Shown: piece by piece, positions 39,780 to 48,130 of the stretch
Layout: each line of letters begins with the position of its first letter
How positions within the stretch are numbered: position 1 is the stretch's first letter
DNA from: Actinomycetota bacterium
GTDB lineage: Bacteria > Actinomycetota > UBA4738 > HRBIN12
Direction of reading: 5' to 3'
Length of the DNA: 48,130 nt
NCBI GenBank assembly: GCA_046716145.1
Contig: JBKJXU010000021.1
Location: 1-48,130, forward strand
The notes under the pieces: generated by a model
The model's input: the letters and a program-made list of their open reading frames with translations, nothing else
Told to the model about the DNA's origin: nothing
Database searches by the model: none
Program-made: the position numbers and the translations under genes

Positions 39780-40283
39780 CTACGGCGCGAGGGAGGGAGC
39801 CGGACGGCAGAACGAGGGGTCGACCCCGGGGCCGCACTCGGGCGCCCTGTTGAGGGCCGCGAACACCACCACGACCAGGAACGCGGCCGCCAGCACCAGC
39901 ACCAGCTTCAGGACCAGGCCGAGGAACGCGAACTCGTCGCGCTCCGCGCGGGCTGGCTCGGGCTCACGGCTGTGCGGCCGGTGTGCGGGGCGGGCGCTCG
40001 TTCCGCGCACGGTCGCGTTGCCTGTCGGGCCCGGCGCCGTACGGGCGGCGCGCGGGCCGTTCGTAGCAGCGCGGGCCAGATCGTAGGCGCGGCGGCGGGC
40101 GGGGTCGTGCAGCAGTTCGTAGGCGGCCGTCACTTCGGCGAACCGCGCGGCGGCTCCGGTGTTGCCCGGGTTCGCATCGGGGTGCAGGGCTCGGGCGAGC
40201 GATCGGTACGAGCTGTGGATCTGCTCGTCGCCGGCCAGGATGCTGACACCCAGGATCGTGTACGGGTCGAAGCCCGGGTCCAT
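39780..40283 (-). CDS. J-domain protein with a C-terminal TM helix
   Basis: [27 protein letters not shown]. Confidence 0.88.
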   Translation of the reverse strand: MDPGFDPYTILGVSILAGDEQIHSSYRSLARALHPDANPGNTGAAARFAEVTAAYELLHDPARRRAYDLARAATNGPRAARTAPGPTGNATVRGTSARPAHRPHSREPEPARAERDEFAFLGLVLKLVLVLAAAFLVVVVFAALNRAPECGPGVDPSFCRPAPSLAP

Positions 40284-40885
40284 CAGGCGGGTGGGACCGG
40301 CGAAGCTTCGCCGAGACGGTTGACCCACACGCACGACAACCCCAGCGCCGCGCACGGCTCCACGTCGTGGAACAGCGACGCGGCCACGTGCACGTGATGC
40401 GATCGGTCGGCGCCGGCCAACCGGAAGAACGACTCCCAATGCCCTACGGCCGGCTTGTAGGACCCGATGACCGAGGCCGCGACACGGAGATGCACGGGCA
40501 CGCCGATCGCGGCGAGCGAGGCATCGAGGAAGTCGGGATCGGTGTTGGACAAGATCGCGATGCGCCACCCCCGGTCCTTGAGCTCGCCCAGGGCCTCGGC
40601 TGCCTCGGGGAACGGCGGCCATGACGGCAGTGACGCGGCGAGCGCCGAAACTCCACCGTCGGGGACGGCCAGTCCTTCAGCCTCGGCGACAGCGGGCACG
40701 GCCGCCGAGAGCACCTGCCGGTAGCTCCGTGATCCGTCGGCCTGCAACGCGGGCTCGACCTCGTGGAAGCGGGCCAGCAGCGCGTCCCGATCTGCCTCGG
40801 GCCACACTTCGGCGAGCGCTGCACCGATGCCGCCCTCCCGATCGATCAGCGTTCCGTAGCAGTCGAACGTCGCCCAGCGATCCAC
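40283..40885 (-). CDS. HAD hydrolase (haloacid dehalogenase type II-like)
   Basis: FDCYGTLID, LSNTD, YKP, HVAASLFHD. Confidence 0.9.
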   Translation of the reverse strand: MDRWATFDCYGTLIDREGGIGAALAEVWPEADRDALLARFHEVEPALQADGSRSYRQVLSAAVPAVAEAEGLAVPDGGVSALAASLPSWPPFPEAAEALGELKDRGWRIAILSNTDPDFLDASLAAIGVPVHLRVAASVIGSYKPAVGHWESFFRLAGADRSHHVHVAASLFHDVEPCAALGLSCVWVNRLGEASPVPPA

Positions 40886-40912
40886 GCGCCGCAGTCTAGG
40901 ACGCCGGCCGGT

Positions 40913-41287
40913 TCAACGGATCCCGGTGTCGACGGACAGGTCGAGATGCAGCGGCTGACCTTCGGCGATGGGTACGGTCTGCGGCTCGCCCGTCGGAGGA
41001 ACACCGCCCTCGGTCACGGCGACGATCACGTAGGTGCCCGGAGGCAGGGAGATCTCGTAGCGTCCTTGATCGTCCGTCTGATCCTCGTAGGTCATGCCGT
41101 CTTCCGCCGTGGCAAGCACCGTCCCCACCCAGGGCTTCGGAGGACACGGGGACGTGGGTGTCTCGACGGGGCACTGCGGGCTCGCGAGCACCTGGCCTTC
41201 GACACCGGCGGCTCCCGAAGGCGTCGCGGCTCCCGCACATGATGAGAGAGCGATGACGGTGAGGAGGGCGATCGCGAGCCGCCGCAT
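40913..41287 (-). CDS. Lipoprotein with a carboxypeptidase-regulatory-like beta-sandwich
   Basis: Lipobox LSSC, P.CPVE, TDDQGRY..LPPGTY, DTGIR. Confidence 0.8.
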   Translation of the reverse strand: MRRLAIALLTVIALSSCAGAATPSGAAGVEGQVLASPQCPVETPTSPCPPKPWVGTVLATAEDGMTYEDQTDDQGRYEISLPPGTYVIVAVTEGGVPPTGEPQTVPIAEGQPLHLDLSVDTGIR

Positions 41288-41326
41288 GGTTCCAGGACGC
41301 CCAGGGACGTTCATCGGGTTCCCGCC

Positions 41327-41875
41327 TCAGCCCCCGTATGCCGAGGGCTTGAGGGTCCCGATGTAGGGCAAGTTGCGATAGCGCTCCGCGAAATCGAGGC
41401 CGTAGCCCACGACGAACTCGTTCGGGATGTCGAAGCCGATGTACCGGACATCGAGCTCGACCTGCTGGATACCTTCCTTGCGCAGCAACGCCGCGACCTC
41501 CAACGACGCGGGTTTACGAGCGGCCAGGTTCTTCAGCAGGTACTTGAGCGTCAGCCCCGAGTCCACGATGTCCTCGACCACCAGCACGTCGCGGTCCTTC
41601 AGGTCGTGGTCCAGGTCCTTCATGATCCGTACGACCCCGGAGGACTTCGTAGCGGCGCCGTAGGACGAGACCGCCATGAAGTCGAACTCGAGCGGCAGGC
41701 GGATGTGCCGCGACAGATCCGCCATCACGACGAAGGCGCCCTTCAGCACGCCGACGAGCAAGATGGAGCGCCCGGCGTAGTCCTGGGTGATCTGCTCACC
41801 CATCTCGGCGAGCTTGAACTGGATGTCCTCTTCGGTGAGCAGGACCTTCTCGATACCTGCGTCGTAGACGTCCAT
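41327..41875 (-). CDS. hpt: Hypoxanthine phosphoribosyltransferase
   Basis: VLKGA, VEDIVDSGLT, FVVGYGLD, YRNLP. Confidence 0.98.
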   Translation of the reverse strand: MDVYDAGIEKVLLTEEDIQFKLAEMGEQITQDYAGRSILLVGVLKGAFVVMADLSRHIRLPLEFDFMAVSSYGAATKSSGVVRIMKDLDHDLKDRDVLVVEDIVDSGLTLKYLLKNLAARKPASLEVAALLRKEGIQQVELDVRYIGFDIPNEFVVGYGLDFAERYRNLPYIGTLKPSAYGG

Positions 41876-41889
41876 GCGAGGGCGCGAGT

Positions 41890-42912
41890 CTACCCGCGCG
41901 GCTCGGCGGGCGTGATGATGACGTGGGTGCGGTCCCGGATCGCGATACGCCCGTCGGCGAGATCGCGACGCCGCCCCGGCCGGCCCCGGGCCAGATCCAA
42001 GATCGCGGCGATGGCGTCCTTGGACCAGGGAGCGGCCCAGTCGGTCGAGAACGTCCGATACGCAGCGAGCCGGACCACGCGGGCGGCGAGCGCCGGGTGC
42101 ACGTCTCGAAGCCCTCGGGCGTCGAACCACAACCCACCGGCCCGCTCGTGGACCACCTCGCGCCAGGCTTGCACGGTTGCCTGGTGGAGTTCATCCAGAT
42201 CGACCCGCACGTTCTCTGCCGTGCGCACGATGGCGGCCTTCACGCTGCGGCCGGTGGCGCGCTCGATCGCCGGGAGGACATCGTGCCGGATGGCGGCTCG
42301 AAGCAGCCGGCGATCCTCGTTCATCGGGTCACGATGCGGCCGCAGATGCTGCGCCCGACAGAACGCCTCGACTTCCTCCCGCGTGACGTCGAGCAGCGGC
42401 TGCACGAGGGCGCTTCCCCGCCCGCCGTGGCCGATACCCGCCAGCCCCTCCAGCCCGGTCCCTCGGACGAGGTTCAGCAGCACGGTCTCTGCCTGATCGT
42501 CCAGGGTGTGACCCTCGGCCATGACCGGGGCGTCGATACCCTGGCGCACACCGTTGCCTGCGTTCATCCGCGCGACCGTGGCCCACGCCTCGACCGATAC
42601 CCCCTTGGCCGGCGCTACGTCTGCAGCACGCTCATACAACGGCACCCGCAGCCGGGCGCAGACGCTCCGGACGTAGGAGGCATCGCGGTCGCTCTCGGGC
42701 CGCAAGCGGTGATCGAAGTGGAAGGCAGCGAGCCGGATGCGCAAGAGCCGGCGGAGGTACCAGAGGGAGTAGAGGAGACAGATGCTGTCGGGGCCCCCCG
42801 ACACGCAGACGAGGACGAGGTCTCCCTCGCGCACGAGGTCGTGGGTACGGACCGTGGTGGTGATACGCCCGAGCACCCGCGCGACGGCGGGAGGGCGGCG
42901 CGTGGCGGCCAC
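41890..42912 (-). CDS. tilS: tRNA(Ile)-lysidine synthetase
   Basis: SGGPDS, DHRLR, HTLDDQAET; directly upstream of hpt. Confidence 0.96.
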   Translation of the reverse strand: MAATRRPPAVARVLGRITTTVRTHDLVREGDLVLVCVSGGPDSICLLYSLWYLRRLLRIRLAAFHFDHRLRPESDRDASYVRSVCARLRVPLYERAADVAPAKGVSVEAWATVARMNAGNGVRQGIDAPVMAEGHTLDDQAETVLLNLVRGTGLEGLAGIGHGGRGSALVQPLLDVTREEVEAFCRAQHLRPHRDPMNEDRRLLRAAIRHDVLPAIERATGRSVKAAIVRTAENVRVDLDELHQATVQAWREVVHERAGGLWFDARGLRDVHPALAARVVRLAAYRTFSTDWAAPWSKDAIAAILDLARGRPGRRRDLADGRIAIRDRTHVIITPAEPRG

Positions 42913-42916
42913 GGCC

Positions 42917-43990
42917 CTACCCGGCGACGCGGACGACCCAGCGCTCGGGCTCGGCCACCTCGTCTCGCGTGGGCAGGTTCGCCGCCGACGCCCACACGTG
43001 ATTCAGCGCATCCTGACCGCCGCGCGCGACGACCTCGCGGACGAAGCGCTCCCCCGCGTCGTACTGCGCCACCTTCTGATCGAACGCGATCGCTCGCTGG
43101 AACGCCTTCTCGACACCGCGGACCTTCCGCCGCGCCGCGAGCGCCGTCCGGAGCCGTTCGACATCCGCGACGTGCTCGCGCGCAACCTCGTTCATCACGT
43201 AGGACGCGTGTCCTTCGAGCAGCGACATCATGGCCTGCGTCTTCTCGAACACCGCCCGCTGTTCGGGGGTGAGCAGCAGCAAGATCCCACCGGCACCGTG
43301 CAGGTCGGCCCGCCCCCCTCGAACCTCCTCGGCCGCCTGGCGCACCTGCGCGAGGACCGCCCCGGGATCGAGGGACACCGTGGCGAGGTATTCGTCCACG
43401 AGACCACCCAGGTATCCACGGAGCCATGGGGCCACACCGAACTGGATGCGATGGGTGACTTCGTGGATCGCGACCCAGCGCCGGAAGTCACCCGGTGGCA
43501 ACCCGTACCGTCGCTCGACCTCAACCAGGTTCGGCCCCACGAAGTAGATGAGGCCGTCGTCATCGGGTGGGAGGAAGACATCGAACTGACCCAGGACGCG
43601 CCTGCTCACGTAGCCGAGCACCGCCCCGATCTGCCCGCCGAGCGCCTTGCGCGCGAAGCCCGAACGCTTCGGGTGCTCCTCGAGGATGCGGGCCGCGAGC
43701 GGCTCCATCAGCCGCTGCAATCCGATCGTGTTGCGGCGGATCCACGTGCCCCGGCCCATGACCCAGGCACGTGAGCGCGGCCCCTGCGGAGACAGGCCCG
43801 TGAACGTCCCGATCCACTGCTCGGCGTCGGCCACCGCGGTGGTGACGTCGTCGCGGAGGCGGGCGCGATCCGCCTGATCGACCTGCGGACCCGGCCCCGC
43901 GATCCCCTTGCCGATCTCGACCGCCGTCGACCAGTCGGCCAGGCGCGCCGAGGGGAAGTCGAAGGGTAGGTCGCCGGCGGCGTTGCTCAC
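42917..43990 (-). CDS. Zinc-dependent metalloprotease-like protein (DUF2342/Zincin_2)
   Basis: HEVTH, MSLLEGHA, QYDAG, NLPT..E..P..W; conserved position before tilS. Confidence 0.9.
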   Translation of the reverse strand: MSNAAGDLPFDFPSARLADWSTAVEIGKGIAGPGPQVDQADRARLRDDVTTAVADAEQWIGTFTGLSPQGPRSRAWVMGRGTWIRRNTIGLQRLMEPLAARILEEHPKRSGFARKALGGQIGAVLGYVSRRVLGQFDVFLPPDDDGLIYFVGPNLVEVERRYGLPPGDFRRWVAIHEVTHRIQFGVAPWLRGYLGGLVDEYLATVSLDPGAVLAQVRQAAEEVRGGRADLHGAGGILLLLTPEQRAVFEKTQAMMSLLEGHASYVMNEVAREHVADVERLRTALAARRKVRGVEKAFQRAIAFDQKVAQYDAGERFVREVVARGGQDALNHVWASAANLPTRDEVAEPERWVVRVAG

Positions 43991-44003
43991 CAGGAGCGGG
44001 GCC

Positions 44004-44660
44004 TCAGCCCTCGCCCGTGGCCTTCTTACGCGCGGCGATCATCGCTGCACGTCGTGCTTGCCCTTCGGCCACCCGGCGATCGGTGCCTTGGGCCAGGAGT
44101 TCGGCGAGCTTCGCGTCGAACACCTCTTGATCCATCGAGACCTCGACCCGCTCGGCGGGTGCAGCGGGCGCGGGCGGCGGTGCAGCGGCGGGGGCGGGAG
44201 CCTCGGGCGCCGGCGCGGGCATCACGGAGGCGGCTACGGGCGGCACGACCGTGGCCCCGGCCGCCGGCGCCGCGATCGCGGGCGGCGCAACGACCGCCAC
44301 CGCAGCGACGGCCGACGGCAGCGCGGGAGGCTGTGCCACGATCGGCACCGCCTGGGAAAGGTCGACCGCACGACGAGGCGGCTCCTGGCCCGGCAGAACT
44401 CGGTCCGCGTGGACCACCTTCGAGCTGTCGTCGCGAGCGAACCGCGGTGCGTACCGTGTGTACATGACGACGAGGAACACGATGAAGCCGATCGCCGCGA
44501 TGGTGATCAGGATGGCCATCCCGAAGATCCAACCGCCCGTGTTCTTCTCGATCTCCACCGTGGGATCCAGGCGCGCTTGGGCCTGGGCTACCGTCGTCAT
44601 GGCGGCGAAGGCCACGGCAGCGGTCGAGAGGATCGTCAGCGCCTTTCGGGTGGCGGTCAT
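44004..44660 (-). CDS. Hypothetical membrane protein with a Pro/Ala linker and short C-terminal helical domain
   Basis: Signal-like N-terminus, a TM helix and a low-complexity linker. Confidence 0.75.
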   Translation of the reverse strand: MTATRKALTILSTAAVAFAAMTTVAQAQARLDPTVEIEKNTGGWIFGMAILITIAAIGFIVFLVVMYTRYAPRFARDDSSKVVHADRVLPGQEPPRRAVDLSQAVPIVAQPPALPSAVAAVAVVAPPAIAAPAAGATVVPPVAASVMPAPAPEAPAPAAAPPPAPAAPAERVEVSMDQEVFDAKLAELLAQGTDRRVAEGQARRAAMIAARKKATGEG

Positions 44661-44713
44661 CGCGCGCGATTGTCGCAACCTGGAGGGCCTGCGGCAACCG
44701 CACGGCTTGCGCA

Positions 44714-44788
44714 TGGAGCCGGAGGGGGGATTCGAACCCCCGACCTACCACTTACGAGGCGGTTGCTCTACCCCTGAGCTACTCCGGC
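44714..44788 (-). tRNA. tRNA-Thr(CGT)
   Basis: GCCGGAG/CTCCGGC acceptor stem, ACCGC-CTCGTAA-GTGGT anticodon arm, TTCGAAT T-loop, encoded CCA. Confidence 0.96.
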
Positions 44789-44883
44789 CGGGTCCGCGAG
44801 TCTAGCAACGGATGCTGGCACGACCGAGCATCCGGCTGGTGGCCACCCTGGTCGCGCGGCCCGCGAACCGCCATCATGCGCCC

Positions 44884-47001
44884 ATGGCGATCGACTTCGA
44901 GGCCGTCGCGAGCGGGACGGTCCGCCGCGTCCTGGTGGGCACCGACCGGTCGGAGACGGCCTCGCGCGCCGTGGGATGGGCCGCGGCCTTCGCCGAGCGC
45001 TACGGCGCCGAGCTGCACATCGTCCAGATCGTGATCCCGACGAACCCAGCCGACACCGAGTTCGGCGCGGCCGATGCCACGCGAGCCCGGGCCGCCGCCG
45101 ATGACCTCAAGACGTACGCGACCCAGGTGGCAGGCGAGCGAGGCCGCGCGCACGTCGTGATCGATGACGATCCCGCGATGGCGATCGTGCACGCGGCTGA
45201 AGATCATGAGATCGACGTCCTGGTCGTGGGCAACGCAGGCATGGCCGGCCGCAAGGAGTTCCTGCTCGGCAACGTCCCGAACCGGATCAGCCACAACGCC
45301 CGGTGCACCGTGATCATCGTGAACACCACCGACGGCGCGACCCAGGCCGTCCGCGCCCCGGGGAGCGTGCACGCGATCCGTTCCTCGCACCTGGAGATCG
45401 AAACCCAGCCGCACCTGATGGCGCGCGGAACCAAGATCGCGACGGTCTTCGCCAAGCACGGGGTGAAGGAGCTGTTCGGCCGGCCCGACGAAGAGGGAGC
45501 CGTCGGGCGCGAGCGTCAAGCGAAGCGGATGCGCGTCGCGCTGGAGGAGCTCGGACCGACGTTCTGCAAGCTGGGGCAGATCCTCTCGACCCGTCCGGAC
45601 CTCCTACCGCCCGAGTTCATCGACGAGCTGGCGACACTGCAGGACCATGTGCCGCCGCTCACCGAGGAGCAGGTCGTCAAGGTGATGGAGCAGGAACTGG
45701 GCGTGCCGTGGGAAGACGTGTTCGAGCACGTCGACCCCGAGCCACTCGCCGCGGGGACCATCGCCCAGGTGCACCGAGCGGTGCTCGCCGACGGCGAGAA
45801 GGCCGTGATCAAGGTGCAGCGGCCCGAAGCGAAGGAGCTCATCGAGCAGGACCTCGCGCTCCTCGAGGTGTTCGCGGAGAAGGTGTCCGACAGGCCCGGG
45901 CTGAGGGCCGTGATCGACATGGAGGCGGTGTTCGCGCACCTGTCGGATTCGCTACACCGCGAGCTCGACTTCCGTCAAGAGTCGGCGAACATGGAGCGGA
46001 TGCGCGAGGTGATCGCGCGCTATCCGCGGCTCGCTGTGCCGGCGTTGTACGCCGAGCTGTCGACGTCGCGATTGCTCGTGATGCACGACGTCGGCGGCGG
46101 TCCGATCACCACCGCGCCCGAAGGAGCGGCTCGCGAAGAAACCGCCTACCAATTGCTCGAGTCGTTCTACAAGCAGATCCTGGAGGACGGGTTCTTCCAC
46201 GCCGACCCACACCCCGGGAACCTGATGTGGCAGCCCGAGGAGGAGACGCTCTACTTCTTGGACCTCGGCATGGTCGGCGAGGTCAGCCCGCAGATGCGCG
46301 AGCACATGATGCTGCTGCTCATGGCGTTCTGGCAGGAGGACGTGGGGTTCCTGACCGACGTCACGCTGATGCTGACCGGTGCCATCGATCGAGGTGACCT
46401 GGACGTGGACGCGTTCAGCGAAGACGTCGGCATGCTGATGGCGAAGAACCGGGTCGCGTCACTCAAAGACATCAACCTCGGCGCGATCCTCCAGGAGATG
46501 ACCGAGATCGGCGTTCGCCACGGTGTACCCCTGCCCGCGTCGCTCACGCTCACCGGCAAGGCGATGGCACAGATGCAGCTCGCGACCGCCCAGCTCGACC
46601 CGACGCTCGACCCGTTCGAGGTGGCGGGCAAGTTCGCCATGAGGAGTGTCTTGGCGGGCATGGGTGGCAAGCTCGACCCGAAGGCGCTGTTCTTCCAAGC
46701 GCAGAAGATGAAGGTGCGCCTGAGCAGGTTGGTGGAGTCCATCGAGCGCTTGATCGGTGCGCGCCCAGGGCAGAAGCTCGAGGTGAATTTCCGAGCCGCG
46801 TCGCTGGAGACCACCGTCCGCCGTGCCGGCCGTCACTTGGCCCTCGGCGCCGTGGCCGCGGCGGCGCTGCTCGGGACCGCCATCGTGACCACGTCGGACA
46901 AGGTGTCCGCATGGGTGGGTTGGACCCTCGGAGGCATCGGCGCGGCGTTCACGCTCGGTCTGATCCTGGATCTGGTGCGGACCAGCCGCAAGGAGTCCTA
47001 G
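44884..47001 (+). CDS. Universal stress protein domain fused to an ABC1/UbiB (AarF) atypical kinase
   Basis: USP motifs VGTDRSETA and VVGNAGM..LLGNVPNRISH; ABC1 motifs LGPTFCKLGQ, AAGTIAQVH, KVQRP, HADPHPGN, DLGMVG; two C-terminal TM helices. Confidence 0.92.
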   Translation: MAIDFEAVASGTVRRVLVGTDRSETASRAVGWAAAFAERYGAELHIVQIVIPTNPADTEFGAADATRARAAADDLKTYATQVAGERGRAHVVIDDDPAMAIVHAAEDHEIDVLVVGNAGMAGRKEFLLGNVPNRISHNARCTVIIVNTTDGATQAVRAPGSVHAIRSSHLEIETQPHLMARGTKIATVFAKHGVKELFGRPDEEGAVGRERQAKRMRVALEELGPTFCKLGQILSTRPDLLPPEFIDELATLQDHVPPLTEEQVVKVMEQELGVPWEDVFEHVDPEPLAAGTIAQVHRAVLADGEKAVIKVQRPEAKELIEQDLALLEVFAEKVSDRPGLRAVIDMEAVFAHLSDSLHRELDFRQESANMERMREVIARYPRLAVPALYAELSTSRLLVMHDVGGGPITTAPEGAAREETAYQLLESFYKQILEDGFFHADPHPGNLMWQPEEETLYFLDLGMVGEVSPQMREHMMLLLMAFWQEDVGFLTDVTLMLTGAIDRGDLDVDAFSEDVGMLMAKNRVASLKDINLGAILQEMTEIGVRHGVPLPASLTLTGKAMAQMQLATAQLDPTLDPFEVAGKFAMRSVLAGMGGKLDPKALFFQAQKMKVRLSRLVESIERLIGARPGQKLEVNFRAASLETTVRRAGRHLALGAVAAAALLGTAIVTTSDKVSAWVGWTLGGIGAAFTLGLILDLVRTSRKES

Positions 47002-47198
47002 GGCGCGTCCACGTCACCGCCACGCGAGGTGAGCGTGGTGGGCTCTGGATCGGGCGCGGTCTTCTCGCCCTTCTTCTTCAGACCCCTGACGACGATCCTC
47101 TCCAAGACGAAGGCCACCACGGCCATCGCGAGGCCGACGAGCCAGCGTTCCACGCGTCGGATGCCCTTGGGTGCCGGTGTCGTTCGCGGTCCGGTCAT
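46998..47198 (-). CDS. Small hypothetical membrane protein
   Basis: One TM helix; ATGA-coupled to the upstream kinase. Confidence 0.6.
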   Translation of the reverse strand: MTGPRTTPAPKGIRRVERWLVGLAMAVVAFVLERIVVRGLKKKGEKTAPDPEPTTLTSRGGDVDAP

Positions 47199-48130
47199 CC
47201 GGTATCGGCCTCTGCGCGAGCTGCGACCGCACCGATGGGGATCCGGCCGATCACCGTGGTTCCCTGACCCTCGGCGCTGCGGACCTCGATCTCGCCACCG
47301 AGCGCCCCGAGGCGATCCGCGATCCCTCGCAAGCCCGTGCCGTAACCGGTCGCCCGGGTATCGAACCCCGCACCGTCGTCGACCACCTGGAAGGTGAGCG
47401 AGCCGTCGTCCCGTGCCAAGGCGACCGTGACGCGCGATGCCTGCGCGTACTTCGCGGTGTTCTGCAGCGCCTCGAGTACCGAGAAGTAGACGGCGGCCTC
47501 CACCTCCTGAGGGTAGCGCTCGAGTTCATCGGACTCGACCACCACCGGGATCGCCGACTTCCGACCCTGCGACGCGAGCGCTGCCGCGAGCCCCTTGTCG
47601 GCGAGCAGCGGTGGGTAGATGCCGCGCGCCAGGTCCCGGAGATCCTCCAGCGCGCGGCCCGTGTCCGCCTGGATGTCGTCCAGCATCTGCTTGGCCTTGG
47701 CGGGGTCGCGATCGACGAACTGCGCCGCGAGCCGCTGCCGAACCTGCAACGCGACCAGCTGCTGCTGCGCACCGTCGTGGATGTTGCGCTCGATCTTCCG
47801 GCGCTCTTCGTCCTGGGCGGTGACGAGCCGCCGTTGGGCCGCGGACAGGTCCTCGAGTCGAAGCTTCAGCGCCTCGGTGAGACTGACGTTCGCCAGGACG
47901 AGCCCGGCCTGCGAGGCGAGGTCGCTGATCAGCTTCTCGTCCGCAGGCGTCATGGGATCGCTGGGTGGTTTACGGACCGCGAGCGCGCCGAGCATCTCAC
48001 CCGCGTGCTCGACGGGGTAGGTGCGATCCATGCCCTCGACCAGGGGCATGGAACCGTTGACGGTCGCGACCGCATCTGCCGCACCATCGACCGACGGCCA
48101 CACCGCCACCTGCCGCAGCTCAGGACCCAC
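47195..48130 (-). CDS. HisKA_3 sensor histidine kinase, C-terminal part (5' end outside the window)
   Basis: ERNIHDGAQQ, EALQN, DDGAGF, GTGL. Confidence 0.92.
   Translation of the reverse strand: MGPELRQVAVWPSVDGAADAVATVNGSMPLVEGMDRTYPVEHAGEMLGALAVRKPPSDPMTPADEKLISDLASQAGLVLANVSLTEALKLRLEDLSAAQRRLVTAQDEERRKIERNIHDGAQQQLVALQVRQRLAAQFVDRDPAKAKQMLDDIQADTGRALEDLRDLARGIYPPLLADKGLAAALASQGRKSAIPVVVESDELERYPQEVEAAVYFSVLEALQNTAKYAQASRVTVALARDDGSLTFQVVDDGAGFDTRATGYGTGLRGIADRLGALGGEIEVRSAEGQGTTVIGRIPIGAVAARAEADTG

Noticed and set aside
40283-40885. HAD as the dihydroneopterin phosphatase for folE
   Set aside because: Motif I is DCYGT (dehalogenase-like), not DxD, and folE has its own promoter-like box.
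44160-44330. Tandem repeats or CRISPR array
   Set aside because: Low-complexity Pro/Ala codons inside a CDS; no repeat-spacer periodicity was seen anywhere in the window.
16917-44788. Genomic island bounded by the two tRNA-Thr genes
   Set aside because: Both are complete, different isoacceptors; there is no integrase or att duplication, and the enclosed genes are core housekeeping.

Overview
High-GC (actinobacterial-type) chromosomal core region with no prophage, IS or CRISPR signal. It holds groEL with a CIRCE operator, acs, a radA-carD-PIN/TRAM-ispD-ispF-rlmB block, clpC, lysS, a coaX/panC/DUF2520 block, folK-folB-folP-folE, hpt-tilS and two tRNA-Thr genes. Accessory features include a dsrE-tusA-sqr-tusA-dsrE sulfur-handling operon with a DosR-like box, an MFS-cNMP fusion with a collapsed paralogue, a USP-ABC1 kinase fusion, a RIO kinase, an ECF sigma/beta-propeller pair, an unannotated 58-aa Zn-ribbon gene and a ~135-nt structured intergenic element beside the groEL promoter. 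Many genes look leaderless. Scattered single-base changes at conserved residues suggest the consensus may contain errors, so pseudogene calls are tentative. All calls come from motif recognition by eye; no searches were run.
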